DNA of 64,000 bases, from the IMG/VR virus record IMGVR_UViG_3300009370_000001; one strand, given 5' to 3'. How positions within the stretch are numbered: position 1 is the stretch's first letter; the number at the start of each line of letters is the position of its first letter. This DNA comes from a virus. Lineage: Duplodnaviria; Caudoviricetes. The translations under genes and the position numbers were made by a program. This document shows positions 39,188 through 48,704 of this stretch, piece by piece. The notes below the pieces were generated by a model. That model searched no databases and was not told the origin of the DNA. It saw nothing but the letters and a program-made list of their open reading frames with translations.

Positions 39188-39796
39188 ATGGGAAAGAAAT
39201 TACTAAGAGAATATTACGCGCTTTGCGAAGGCGGCGTATGCCAAGATCTGTTAACGGAAGATGAGAAGCGCTTCGTTGCTAGCGGAGGAATGATGCTTTC
39301 GGGCAAACTCCAAGAAGCAGATGTGCAAAACGGCAACGGTCGTATTTACCCTTACCGTGTATTAATGCGAGAAATTGAAACTTACAAAAAACTCGTAAAA
39401 GAAAATCGTGCTCTCGGAGAGCTTGATCATCCAGATGATTCTGTCATCAATTTAAAGAATGCATCGCATATGGTGACTGATGTATGGATGGAAAATAAAA
39501 ATGTGATGGGCAAAGTAAAAGTACTGGACACCCCATCGGGCAATATCTTGCGCGGCCTTGTAAATAGCGGCGCACAGCTTGGTATCTCTTCACGAGGAAT
39601 GGGATCGGTGAGTGAGGCTCAAGGACAAACAATCGTCGAAGACGATTTCCAACTTATCTGTTTTGATTTTGTATCGGAACCCTCAACACCGGGAGCATAT
39701 ATGATGAAAGAGGCCAAAGACTTAAGCACTCCCAATGTCTTTACCAAAGCTGATCGTATCAATCGCTTATTGAACGAGGTATTGACGGATGAGTGA
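39188..39796 (+). CDS. gp21: Prohead protease (T4 gp21-like)
   Basis: NGNGRIYP, ALGELDHP, LGISSRGMGS, and FDFVSEPSTPGA; ATG 39188 preferred over GTG 39143. Confidence 0.9.
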   Translation: MGKKLLREYYALCEGGVCQDLLTEDEKRFVASGGMMLSGKLQEADVQNGNGRIYPYRVLMREIETYKKLVKENRALGELDHPDDSVINLKNASHMVTDVWMENKNVMGKVKVLDTPSGNILRGLVNSGAQLGISSRGMGSVSEAQGQTIVEDDFQLICFDFVSEPSTPGAYMMKEAKDLSTPNVFTKADRINRLLNEVLTDE

Positions 39797-40859
39797 GCAA
39801 TGGTCTAGTTATAGTGACCAGCAACAACGCGTTGCAACCTGGAGAACCTTTTTAAACGAAGGTTCTTTTCTGCAACGCTTGCGAAAAAAAAGCGCTCCCG
39901 GCCTGGAAGACATGTCGGATGCCGAACTTCGTGGAGTATTTGCGACCGACCCGGATCCAGCAAACCAGCGTCAAGCAGCATACCTCTATATTAGACGTGC
40001 AAGCAACACTGAAGAGCAACAAAGCCGCACAGAAGAATTAATGGACATTGCCAAGTCTAAAGATCCTACACCCACATCGCGTACTGGGACGACTGCCTTG
40101 GGTGAACCGGTCCCCCCCATCCCAGATGAGCCCTCACGACTTAGCACACGCATGCCCACCACTACTCCGGCACCAGTCGAAGACGAAGAGATGGTCGTTT
40201 GGGCAAAAAAAAGCGCACCTCCACTAAAAAAGGCTCTTGAAAGTGGGGGTTCCAAAGATGTAGCAGAGGCGCGCACTTGGATCGCACGCCGGACGGAGGA
40301 AGAAAAAAACGCTCTGATAAACGCTCTGGCAGATATCGGACACACTTTTGTAGAAGACGATTCCGCAGATGAGAGCCCTGGTTCAGAAGAGACAGATATA
40401 CCGGAACCTCTTCTTAATAGCGACGACCACACTTTAACTGTGATTCATTTTCTTGGATTGGATGACGCACCTTTGGATTCTATTCATTACCCAACAGACG
40501 AAGCCTGGATGAATGCATCGGAGAGGCAGAAGCGAATCTGGTATCGTTATTACGCGGATGTTATACAGGATCGCGGCCAGGATTCGGACGGTGAAGATCC
40601 TTTATATAGATCATTTCACAGCTTTTTCTTGAAGCCCGAGACGGATCTCTTTCTCCCAGAAGCGTTTCGCCAGTGGCTCGCTTGGGAAATTGAGAATCCT
40701 GAAAAAACACCTGAAGTAAAAGCTTGGTGCGGCGAAAAAGAATGCACCCCGGCCGACATTGAGAGCAAACGCGAGTCACTTAAAGAGCTTTATATATTGG
40801 AAGAATCTCAAATGAGACGGTGGCACCAATTAGCAGGAATTAACCCGAGAGTATTATGA
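39789..40859 (+). CDS. Putative internal head protein with a C-terminal scaffold-like LAGI motif
   Basis: N-terminal WRTFLNE resembles the 26799/38286 leader; ends ESQMRRWHQLAGINPRVL. Confidence 0.6.
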   Translation: MSEQWSSYSDQQQRVATWRTFLNEGSFLQRLRKKSAPGLEDMSDAELRGVFATDPDPANQRQAAYLYIRRASNTEEQQSRTEELMDIAKSKDPTPTSRTGTTALGEPVPPIPDEPSRLSTRMPTTTPAPVEDEEMVVWAKKSAPPLKKALESGGSKDVAEARTWIARRTEEEKNALINALADIGHTFVEDDSADESPGSEETDIPEPLLNSDDHTLTVIHFLGLDDAPLDSIHYPTDEAWMNASERQKRIWYRYYADVIQDRGQDSDGEDPLYRSFHSFFLKPETDLFLPEAFRQWLAWEIENPEKTPEVKAWCGEKECTPADIESKRESLKELYILEESQMRRWHQLAGINPRVL

Positions 40860-41275
40860 AAAAATCAGACCTTAAACAATTAATCAAGCCACTTGTCAAA
40901 GAGTGTATTCATGAAGTCCTCCTTGAAGAAGGGCTTTTATCCAATGTGGTTTCCGAAGTGGCGAAAGGGCTCCAGACGACCCCGCTTGTGGAAGTGCAGC
41001 AGTCTTCGAATCAGGGACCAACACCATCAGTCGGCATTCAGACGACCGAACAAGACGTGGCGTCACGGGCTCAGTTAAAAGAATATAGAAAAAAGATGAT
41101 GGAAGTTGTAGGAAAAGATGCGTATCAGGGAGTGGACTTATTTGAGAATACAGCCCCACTCTCAAATCACATTCCAGAACAAGGAAGCGCAGACTTAGGA
41201 GATCCCAGTGACGCTGGAGTGGACATTAGCTCTTTAGTAGGAAATTCCTCTAAAATTTGGCAGGCATTAAAGTAG
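40856..41275 (+). CDS. Putative head-associated protein
   Basis: MKKSDLKQLIKPLVKECIHEVLLEE leader-like N-terminus. Confidence 0.6.
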   Translation: MKKSDLKQLIKPLVKECIHEVLLEEGLLSNVVSEVAKGLQTTPLVEVQQSSNQGPTPSVGIQTTEQDVASRAQLKEYRKKMMEVVGKDAYQGVDLFENTAPLSNHIPEQGSADLGDPSDAGVDISSLVGNSSKIWQALK

Positions 41276-41279
41276 ACTT

Positions 41280-41522
41280 ATGGCCCGAGCAACCCACATT
41301 AAAGTAACTGCACGCGAGTGTCACGGAAACACCGAGCGCATGATCCGACGTTTTATTAAGAAAGTAAAAAAAGAACGTATTATTGAGAGCGTTAAGGACA
41401 AAAGACACTACAAAAAACCTTCTGTTGCAAAGAAGGAAAAACGCATTCGTGCGGCTCGGCAAAGGATCCGAGACGAACAAAAACGAAAGAGAGCGCAACA
41501 AAGGCGCGCTAGAAATATTTAG
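41280..41522 (+). CDS. rpsU: Ribosomal protein bS21 homolog
   Basis: 80 aa, very basic; ERMIRRFIKKVKKERIIESVKDKRHYKKPS aligns with the bS21 core (..ALRRFKR..EK.G...E.R.R..YEKP). Confidence 0.8.
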   Translation: MARATHIKVTARECHGNTERMIRRFIKKVKKERIIESVKDKRHYKKPSVAKKEKRIRAARQRIRDEQKRKRAQQRRARNI

Positions 41523-41524
41523 GC

Positions 41525-41533
41525 ACTATTTAT
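41525..41533 (+). promoter_or_regulatory. Putative late promoter ACTATTTAT
   Basis: Intergenic, upstream of the AGGAG RBS of 41564. Confidence 0.65.
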
Positions 41534-41563
41534 AGTGTATATTAAAAATTTAGGAGATTTATA

Positions 41564-41995
41564 ATGGCAAATTGGAATCCATCATGGAAAACAGAAGTAG
41601 GTTTAAACCATGTTGGGGCATATCAAGTTAGTGGGCAACCATACGCTTCTGGCAATCTTGACTGTGGAAATGCAAAACAAGTTGAGTTCCCCTATGTAAC
41701 TCGATGGTTTCAGGTTATTAATCGAGAAGCCTTCCCCGTGCGTGTTGGGTTTTCTCAATTGGGAGTTTCTGGGAGTAATTATTTTACTTGCCCGCCCTCT
41801 GCATCGGCTGCCCCAAGTAGTACGGGAGTGCTGGAGGCAAAGGTTTCTGAAGTGTGGCTATATAGCCCGGGCAACCCTACTGCCAAGGCCGATGTTGTGG
41901 CTGGCTTAACTAGTGTTCCGCGCGGAAGAACGACAGTTTCATCTTCCACCGATGGGCTTCTCCCATCATGGAGCGGTTCAGTAGGAGTAGGCTAG
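41564..41995 (+). CDS. Putative virion structural/decoration protein
   Basis: 143 aa, beta-rich, GLNHVGAYQVSGQP; first gene after a late motif. Confidence 0.55.
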   Translation: MANWNPSWKTEVGLNHVGAYQVSGQPYASGNLDCGNAKQVEFPYVTRWFQVINREAFPVRVGFSQLGVSGSNYFTCPPSASAAPSSTGVLEAKVSEVWLYSPGNPTAKADVVAGLTSVPRGRTTVSSSTDGLLPSWSGSVGVG

Positions 41996-41996
41996 A

Positions 41997-42767
41997 ATGG
42001 CCACTTTTGGATGGGCATATATAAACTGCGAAGACTCTGGTTCTGCTAGCACTGGAGGACAAGCTGATGGTCCCACCGGATCAATACAGTTTGTAACCGG
42101 CTCTAACGCGACCAGTGGTTCGGCTAACTTGTTGTGGTATACCGCATCGTATGGCGGCTATAATGCCAATACACTTGTATTAACAGGCGCATTGGTCGTC
42201 ACCGGTGCGATTAGTGCTAGTCACTTTCACATTGAAAACATAGCAGTTATCGATGCCACCGGCTCTACTTATTTTGGTAATAGCTCCGACGATTCGCACG
42301 TTAGAACGGGAAGTCTTTATATTTCGCAGAACACTATTCTTGGAAGCGATTATACAGCCGACCATAAAATCAGTGGCAGTCTTCAAATTTATGGCAGTAG
42401 TTCTGTCTCTGGTCCTGCTCTCGCTATCGAATATTCACAGTCGGCCGGAATTCTCACGGTCCCCGGCTTACGGGTTCAATATACACAAATTACAGAGACT
42501 GCCGGCACTACGGGTTCGCAAGGCGACTATATTATTGGAATCCGCGCCGGCGATGCAAACACTAACTATCGGCTCCCCAGTGCCTCCTTAGCTGGAACGG
42601 GATCCTTGCGTGTCATTAAGGATGAGGTGGCATCGCGCTCAGGAACAAAAATTTATGTTTCCTCTTCGTCGCCCGATACCATTGATGGGCAAGCTAGCTA
42701 TATATTGACTGGCACAATGCCAGCTATTAATTTGTATTCTGACGGACACGATTGGTATATATTCTAG
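41997..42767 (+). CDS. Fibre-like virion protein 1
   Basis: G/S/T-rich; GSIQF and TGS modules; shared C-terminal domain LP.A...G....IKD...TIDG...SDG..W.IF. Confidence 0.6.
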   Translation: MATFGWAYINCEDSGSASTGGQADGPTGSIQFVTGSNATSGSANLLWYTASYGGYNANTLVLTGALVVTGAISASHFHIENIAVIDATGSTYFGNSSDDSHVRTGSLYISQNTILGSDYTADHKISGSLQIYGSSSVSGPALAIEYSQSAGILTVPGLRVQYTQITETAGTTGSQGDYIIGIRAGDANTNYRLPSASLAGTGSLRVIKDEVASRSGTKIYVSSSSPDTIDGQASYILTGTMPAINLYSDGHDWYIF

Positions 42768-42783
42768 GAGGTAAAAGTATCGT

Positions 42784-43581
42784 ATGGGCTACAATACTTT
42801 ATCAGGTACCGTCCTTGCTCCACTAGAATTTATTCCTGGCGACTTAGTAGTTGGGAATATCCTATCTGGTAATTTAAGCACTTCGGATGGATCCTCTGTT
42901 ATTAATGTTCCGCGGGTAACCAATCCTACCGATAATGCTATTCTCACCAACATAGGAGGAGACGCCAATAGTCTTACGTGTGAAACTAATCTCACTTTTG
43001 ATGGCAGTGAATTAGTAATCACGGGGTATGTGACGGCCAGCATTGGATTGTCTGCCTCTTATTTGGAGGGAGACGGAAGCCGTCTTAGCGGTATTACAGG
43101 CGGCGGCGGCGGTGATGGCATCTTCACGATTATAGATGGCTCTCACGCATATGTCACCAGTAGTCTTAATGTTGGTGGACAGACATCACCCACTCATCAA
43201 CTGGTGGTTAGCGGCACTGTTTCCTCTAGTGTTAATGTGTCTGCTTCAGCATTTTATGGATCGGCAATGATTTTAGCCGGCGGCTTATCCTTGAATCGAG
43301 TATCGGTGAGTGGTCATGTAACAGCTTCTAAAAACGATTATTATCTAGGCGTGGATTCTACCAATACAGCCATAGAAATTCGCCTCTTAAATGCTGCTCT
43401 ATTGGACAGCGGCCAAACTTATGTGGTAAAGGACGAGAGTGGCAACGCTGATAACAACAATATAACGATTAGGACCAGCGGATCCCAGACTATTGATGGA
43501 CAAAATGCAGTAGTTTTGATGTCCCCTCACGCATCAATCTCGATTTATTGTAATGGGTCCGATAAATACTTTATTTATTGA
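42784..43581 (+). CDS. Fibre-like virion protein 2
   Basis: ETNLTFDGS and SASAFYG modules; shared C-terminal domain (YVVKDESG...TIDG). Confidence 0.6.
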   Translation: MGYNTLSGTVLAPLEFIPGDLVVGNILSGNLSTSDGSSVINVPRVTNPTDNAILTNIGGDANSLTCETNLTFDGSELVITGYVTASIGLSASYLEGDGSRLSGITGGGGGDGIFTIIDGSHAYVTSSLNVGGQTSPTHQLVVSGTVSSSVNVSASAFYGSAMILAGGLSLNRVSVSGHVTASKNDYYLGVDSTNTAIEIRLLNAALLDSGQTYVVKDESGNADNNNITIRTSGSQTIDGQNAVVLMSPHASISIYCNGSDKYFIY

Positions 43582-43601
43582 GTTTTTATATACTGGCGCC
43601 A

Positions 43602-43667
43602 ACTAATTAATAGCGAGCCCACATGCAAATGTGGTGCTTGGGGTGCTTGCTGTATAACAAGCATCCT
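43602..43667 (+). promoter_or_regulatory. Late-motif variant ACTAATTAA followed by a two-hairpin 5' leader
   Basis: CCACAT-GCAA-ATGTGG (43619-43634) and GGGGTGCTTG-CTGTATAA-CAAGCATCCT (43640-43667). Confidence 0.55.
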
Positions 43668-43703
43668 GCCTAAAAAAAACTATAATATGGAGGGTTTTTA
43701 AAA

Positions 43704-45287
43704 ATGGCTTATTTATTTCAATCGGGTAGTATGGAGGCACAGCTTTCGGGCGGTATGGACTTCAACTATTCTAATGTTGAAACTGACAAAATGATGGCGA
43801 TCAATTCTGATGCGACATCTCGCGCCGCAGCAGCAGGTGTATTCGGACTTGGTGCCGATGGATCGGCTGATGGTGCGTTATACTGGAATGGTTCAGAACT
43901 CGTGGTTGCGGCCGCGACGACGGATATTTTTGCGGTAGGCGCCAACGGCGTTAATCTTTCGCAAAGCGGAGATTACTACAGTATTCAAGGTACCAGCGTT
44001 CTTAACGCAACTACTCTTGGTAGCGCAGTCGTCGCTTCGTCTCTGACGAGTCTTGGCACTCAAGGTGAAGCTCTGGATATGGGCGACAACAACATCTCTA
44101 ATGTTGGGGATATCGACTGTGATAGCATCAGTGTTGCTGATGCAGCAAATGGTCTTGATGTTATTTTCGGTGGTGACAGTGGCACTAATAAAATGTCACT
44201 TACTGACAATCTGGCAATTGCGCTTGATGTTACACAAGGTGCGAATTCTTACCTCAAGTTTGTTACAACGGACGGGTCTGAACAAATTACTTTTGGAAAG
44301 AACAGTACATTTAATGGCACAACTATTGCTGATCTCGGTACTGTCACGACTGCCGACATTAACGGTGGTTCTCTCGACGGCGTCACTATCGGTGCCGCTT
44401 CTGCAGGTGCTGGTACTTTTGCCGCTCTTATCGGAACGAGCTTAAGCGTTAGTGATGGCGACATCACAAACGTTGGAGTTCTGGAGGCCGACACTATTCA
44501 ATCCGATGCAGATGCATCGGGTTTGAATATTAACTTTGATGGTAATACTGGCACCAACAAGATTACGATCAATGATGGTTTAGCTACCGGTCTGCTTGTT
44601 GAAGACTCCGGTGGCAATGATTTCATGATCTTTTCTACTGATGGCGATGATAACATTAAATTTAAAAAGGGTACTACATTTAATGGCACGACCATTGCTG
44701 ATCTCGGTACTGTCACGACTGCCACGTCTATTACGTCGACCGACTTAATTGGTACTAACATTGATGGTATTATCGGCGCCGACACTGCTCGCGCTGGTAC
44801 TTTCACCAGTCTTGATTGTACCGATGGCGCATTCGCTGTCGCCAATCTTGACATCGACGGTGCAACTGACATTGGCGCTGCTCTGGTAGACGCTGACTTG
44901 TTCATTGTTGATGATGGTGCTGGTGGAACAAACCGTAAGAGTACTTTGTCTCGACTTAAGACTTACATCGGTGCTGGTAACGAGGCTGTGGAAGTTCACG
45001 GCGTACACGGCAATCAACTTCTGAGTGGTGGCATGAATGTTGCTACAGGAAGTTTCGCTGCAAATCGCACCTGGACTCTGCCGCGTTGCAGTAGCATTTC
45101 CGAAGGTGAGATCTATCGCGTCAAAGTAACGGGCTTGGACGGCAACACGCTGACCGTGGCTGTTAACGCTAATGATTCAATCGATGACTTGGCTGTAGAT
45201 GTTGATCTCGAACTTAACTCAGACAATGGTTCTATCTCGCTTATGTGCGTCGATACTGACTCTGCTGGTAAGTGGAAGATCTTTTAA
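43704..45287 (+). CDS. Fibre-like virion protein 3 with an internal duplication
   Basis: 527 aa, acidic G/D/T-rich; two roughly 93-aa modules ending FNGTTIADLGTVTTA; shared C-terminal domain; own promoter motif and terminator. Confidence 0.65.
   Translation: MAYLFQSGSMEAQLSGGMDFNYSNVETDKMMAINSDATSRAAAAGVFGLGADGSADGALYWNGSELVVAAATTDIFAVGANGVNLSQSGDYYSIQGTSVLNATTLGSAVVASSLTSLGTQGEALDMGDNNISNVGDIDCDSISVADAANGLDVIFGGDSGTNKMSLTDNLAIALDVTQGANSYLKFVTTDGSEQITFGKNSTFNGTTIADLGTVTTADINGGSLDGVTIGAASAGAGTFAALIGTSLSVSDGDITNVGVLEADTIQSDADASGLNINFDGNTGTNKITINDGLATGLLVEDSGGNDFMIFSTDGDDNIKFKKGTTFNGTTIADLGTVTTATSITSTDLIGTNIDGIIGADTARAGTFTSLDCTDGAFAVANLDIDGATDIGAALVDADLFIVDDGAGGTNRKSTLSRLKTYIGAGNEAVEVHGVHGNQLLSGGMNVATGSFAANRTWTLPRCSSISEGEIYRVKVTGLDGNTLTVAVNANDSIDDLAVDVDLELNSDNGSISLMCVDTDSAGKWKIF
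44307..44354 (+). repeat. 48-bp direct repeat, copy 1
   Basis: 46 of 48 nt identical to 44676-44723; period 369 bp. Confidence 0.85.
44676..44723 (+). repeat. 48-bp direct repeat, copy 2
   Basis: Matches 44307-44354. Confidence 0.85.
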
Positions 45288-45331
45288 TCTCGAACTTGTT
45301 TCAGATGAAGAATTTCATTCTTTAAAATATT

Positions 45332-45366
45332 GGGCGCCCCTCCTTGTGGGGGGCGTCCTCTTTTTT
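45332..45366 (+). terminator. Rho-independent terminator
   Basis: 11-bp GC stem GGGCGCCCCTC/GGGGGGCGTCC followed by a T-tract. Confidence 0.8.
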
Positions 45367-45370
45367 ATAA

Positions 45371-45409
45371 ACTATTTATAGCAGATAAATAAAATAATAT
45401 TCTATTTAC
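45371..45409 (+). promoter_or_regulatory. Putative late promoter ACTATTTAT plus second copy TCTATTTAC 30 bp downstream
   Basis: Lies between the terminator and the 45424 start. Confidence 0.6.
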
Positions 45410-45423
45410 AATGGACCCTTCTT

Positions 45424-46488
45424 ATGGCTTATAATATTACTGCTACTAACGTAAAAGAAACTCAAGATTCTTTATCTCAAAATATGCTCGACAAAGAGTC
45501 GGATCAGGAGATTAGCGGCACCAAAACATTTTTAAATAACATTAGCGCTAAACAGTTTAAACTACTTGATGGAACACCATTAAGACCTACGGCCCTTGAG
45601 ACTATTTCTAACAATACGCCCGGCGCCATTTTAATTTGTAACGGAAATACTACCGCAACTGGCGCGCCCAATCTTACATATAAGAATAGCACTCTCTCAG
45701 GGCAAGAGGCCGCCTTCGAGGTGTTCAATGGGTCTGCTAAGAAATTAACTGAGATCCCCGCCGCGGCCCTTGAAGGAACAGTTCCTGCCGCCACATTACC
45801 CCTCGGTAGTCGAGGAGGACTGTCAGTGCACAATAATCAACTCATCATTGACCCAACGACCCCCTTGTCTATTCGCACCCAAGGTCAAACATTGGCAGAT
45901 CCAGATTTATTATTGATATATGATGTCTCTAAAAATGAACTGCGCAAGACCACATTGCAAGTATTGCATGATGATTACTTACATTCTAAACTCAAGCACC
46001 CTGGGGGCCAAGTTAATAGCTTACAATTTAAGAAGGGGACTGGTTTTGGCGGAAGCGCTGGATTGACTTTTAACCCTACAAAGCAAATCCTAAATGTCGA
46101 TGGTCATTGTGATATGATTTCATTGACGACGACCAATAGCTTAACAGTAGGTGGGTCGCTTCATCAGGACGGCGCGCTACATCAAGCGATAAAAACTATT
46201 AGTGGCGACTATACTGTACAGCAAGACGATTACACGCTGTTAGCGGATGTTTCAAACACTAGTGCGTGTATCACACTACCCGATGCTACTCAAAATGAGG
46301 GAAGAATGATCAACATTAAGGGCATTAACTCGACAAAGTATACCCTTCGGTCTCATAGTTTAATGATTAAAAGCGCCGGCGGCTCAATTGACAGGTTTGA
46401 TAACGTCACTCTTAAAATGAATGGCGCCTCACGCACGCTTCAATCAGATGGAATAAATTGGTGGATTATTGGATCTAGAGGAACTTGA
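45424..46488 (+). CDS. Fibre-like virion protein 4
   Basis: ISGTKTF, NSLQF and GLTFN modules; shared C-terminal domain (TLPDA..NEGR..NIK...LQSDGINWWII). Confidence 0.6.
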   Translation: MAYNITATNVKETQDSLSQNMLDKESDQEISGTKTFLNNISAKQFKLLDGTPLRPTALETISNNTPGAILICNGNTTATGAPNLTYKNSTLSGQEAAFEVFNGSAKKLTEIPAAALEGTVPAATLPLGSRGGLSVHNNQLIIDPTTPLSIRTQGQTLADPDLLLIYDVSKNELRKTTLQVLHDDYLHSKLKHPGGQVNSLQFKKGTGFGGSAGLTFNPTKQILNVDGHCDMISLTTTNSLTVGGSLHQDGALHQAIKTISGDYTVQQDDYTLLADVSNTSACITLPDATQNEGRMINIKGINSTKYTLRSHSLMIKSAGGSIDRFDNVTLKMNGASRTLQSDGINWWIIGSRGT

Positions 46489-46520
46489 TTTCTAGTTAGT
46501 AAAAATGGAGAACCTAATTA

Positions 46521-48704
46521 ATGGCTTATAACACCTCAAAGGGCCCCCGTGGACTAGGCGATATTCTCAACGAAGAGGATACCGATACTCAAATTGATTT
46601 CGGTAGCGATGAGATTACCTTTAAAACTAATAACATAGGGCGCCTGACGATTGCTAATGCGCATGTATCTTGCTCTGTAAATGTCTCAGGCTCCGCTTTT
46701 TATGGCGATGGCTCCAATCTTACGGGACTGACTCCCGCTGCAATCACGACCTACAATAGCGCCGCAGACAATCGTGTTATCACTTCGGTAAATAGTACTA
46801 CTGTTCAAGGCGAAAGTGGTTTAACATACGACGGCGCCGATTTGGTTATAGTAGGGAATGCGTCTGCCTCTCTTGGTGTCACTGGCTCTGCTCTTTATAC
46901 TGCCACAACCACTATTGATAGCGCACATGTGTCAAGTTCTCTTAATGTCTCCGGAGCCGCTTTTTATGGCGATGGTTCTAATTTGAGTAATTTGCCACCA
47001 TCAGGAATCGTATGGGATGGCTCTACTGCTAATGGTGTTGCGACATATAAAAACGGTGGCGAGGCAACTGTAGAGTCAAATCTAACTTTTGATGGAACAG
47101 ACTTAGGTGTCTCTGACAAGATCGTTCATATAGGCGATACAGATACATTTATTAACTTTACAGAGGATGACATAAACTTTCAAGCCGGCGGCGTCAATTT
47201 TCTAGATCTCACCGAGGACACTCAAAACGAAGCAACTTTTAACGAAGGTGGTGTTGATGTTGACTTTAGGGTTGAGTCGGTTAACGACACACATATGATT
47301 TTTGTTGACGCTGCAAATGATGCTGTTAGTATTGGTGTTTCCACCGATACGCCGGCCGCTGTGTTAGAGATTGCAGGTGACGCTGCTCAGGCGAAACCCA
47401 CACTTACTATTGATCACGCAGAAGATACCAACAATGCTGTTAATATCAACGCAGATTCCATAACAACAGCCAAAGCTTTGCGCATATCTGCTGACGCCTT
47501 AACGACGGGTAACGCTCTTTATATTGACGACGCTTCATCAAACACGGGAACAAGAAAAACCGCGCTCATAATTCAGAATAATGCTGCAGCAATTAACGCC
47601 CAAGCACTAGCAGTTCAGTCAGACGGTGGCACAACAGGAATAAAACTAGACAAGAATTACTCGGATCTCACTGAAGCCTCAATAACCGGCTTGCACATAG
47701 ACTGGGATAAGACCGGCGCTTCCACGTCAGACAACACCATGTATGGTATCCAACTTGACATGGATAACACGACAGCCACCAACGGCAACAACTACATGTA
47801 TGGCTTACACGTCACCCCGACGCTTTCGCACGCTGCTGACGCCGGCGGAGCCTTTCTATACGGTGTGTTTATTAACGCGCAAGGCGGAACAAACGGCAGC
47901 AGCCTTGTCCAAGGGGCAAGAATCGAAGCTGGGGGCGGAGACGTCAACTACGGAATCCAACTTGATGTTGAGGACGGTGGTGTCGATCTTAGAATTGAAA
48001 GTTCAGCCGATAGTGGCGATTACTTCCAGATTCAAACCACTACCCATGGCGCAACCACGATCTCAACAGTTGATGACAATGCTACTGCAGCCCATCTGGT
48101 ATTTGATGTGGATGGAGATATTACTTTAGACCCCGCCGCTGGCACTGTTGATGTCGCCGGCACTCTCACAGCTTCGGTAAACATTTCAGCATCCGCATTC
48201 TATGGTGACGGTGCGAACTTGACAAATGTAGCCACCGACGCTACGGGGTCCGGAGGCGCCGGCGATATTCAATTTTTGAGAAGCACCGATGGAAGCTTTA
48301 TGTCAGATGGAGCTTTATCTTTTAGCACTGGTTCTTCGGGCGCCACGGGAACTGCATTAAGTTGTTCCAACTTGGTAGTAGGATATGGGCTGAAGCTCCC
48401 CTACGCAGTAAAAACTTCAAATTATAGTGTGGCGATTTCTGATAATATCATTTACATGAGCGGTTCACTGACTAACATTACCGCTTCGCTACCAGCTGCA
48501 TCTACGGTCGATGGGAGTGTGTTTTATATTAAAAATATTAGCGCTCACCGTGAAGCAGAAGTGCGTCCCAACGGGAGCGAACTGATTGATAATGCTGCTT
48601 TACAATCTCTCGAAGCCACCGAAGGAATACGAATTCAGGCTCTAGCTGCGGGGGGAGGAGCTTATACTTGGGCCATTATTGGCGTGTCAATGCCGCTTCC
48701 ATAG
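46521..48704 (+). CDS. Fibre-like virion protein 5 (long)
   Basis: Three (V/I)S(G/A)xAFYGDGxNL repeats, ESNLTFDGT modules, and the shared C-terminal domain. Confidence 0.6.
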   Translation: MAYNTSKGPRGLGDILNEEDTDTQIDFGSDEITFKTNNIGRLTIANAHVSCSVNVSGSAFYGDGSNLTGLTPAAITTYNSAADNRVITSVNSTTVQGESGLTYDGADLVIVGNASASLGVTGSALYTATTTIDSAHVSSSLNVSGAAFYGDGSNLSNLPPSGIVWDGSTANGVATYKNGGEATVESNLTFDGTDLGVSDKIVHIGDTDTFINFTEDDINFQAGGVNFLDLTEDTQNEATFNEGGVDVDFRVESVNDTHMIFVDAANDAVSIGVSTDTPAAVLEIAGDAAQAKPTLTIDHAEDTNNAVNINADSITTAKALRISADALTTGNALYIDDASSNTGTRKTALIIQNNAAAINAQALAVQSDGGTTGIKLDKNYSDLTEASITGLHIDWDKTGASTSDNTMYGIQLDMDNTTATNGNNYMYGLHVTPTLSHAADAGGAFLYGVFINAQGGTNGSSLVQGARIEAGGGDVNYGIQLDVEDGGVDLRIESSADSGDYFQIQTTTHGATTISTVDDNATAAHLVFDVDGDITLDPAAGTVDVAGTLTASVNISASAFYGDGANLTNVATDATGSGGAGDIQFLRSTDGSFMSDGALSFSTGSSGATGTALSCSNLVVGYGLKLPYAVKTSNYSVAISDNIIYMSGSLTNITASLPAASTVDGSVFYIKNISAHREAEVRPNGSELIDNAALQSLEATEGIRIQALAAGGGAYTWAIIGVSMPLP

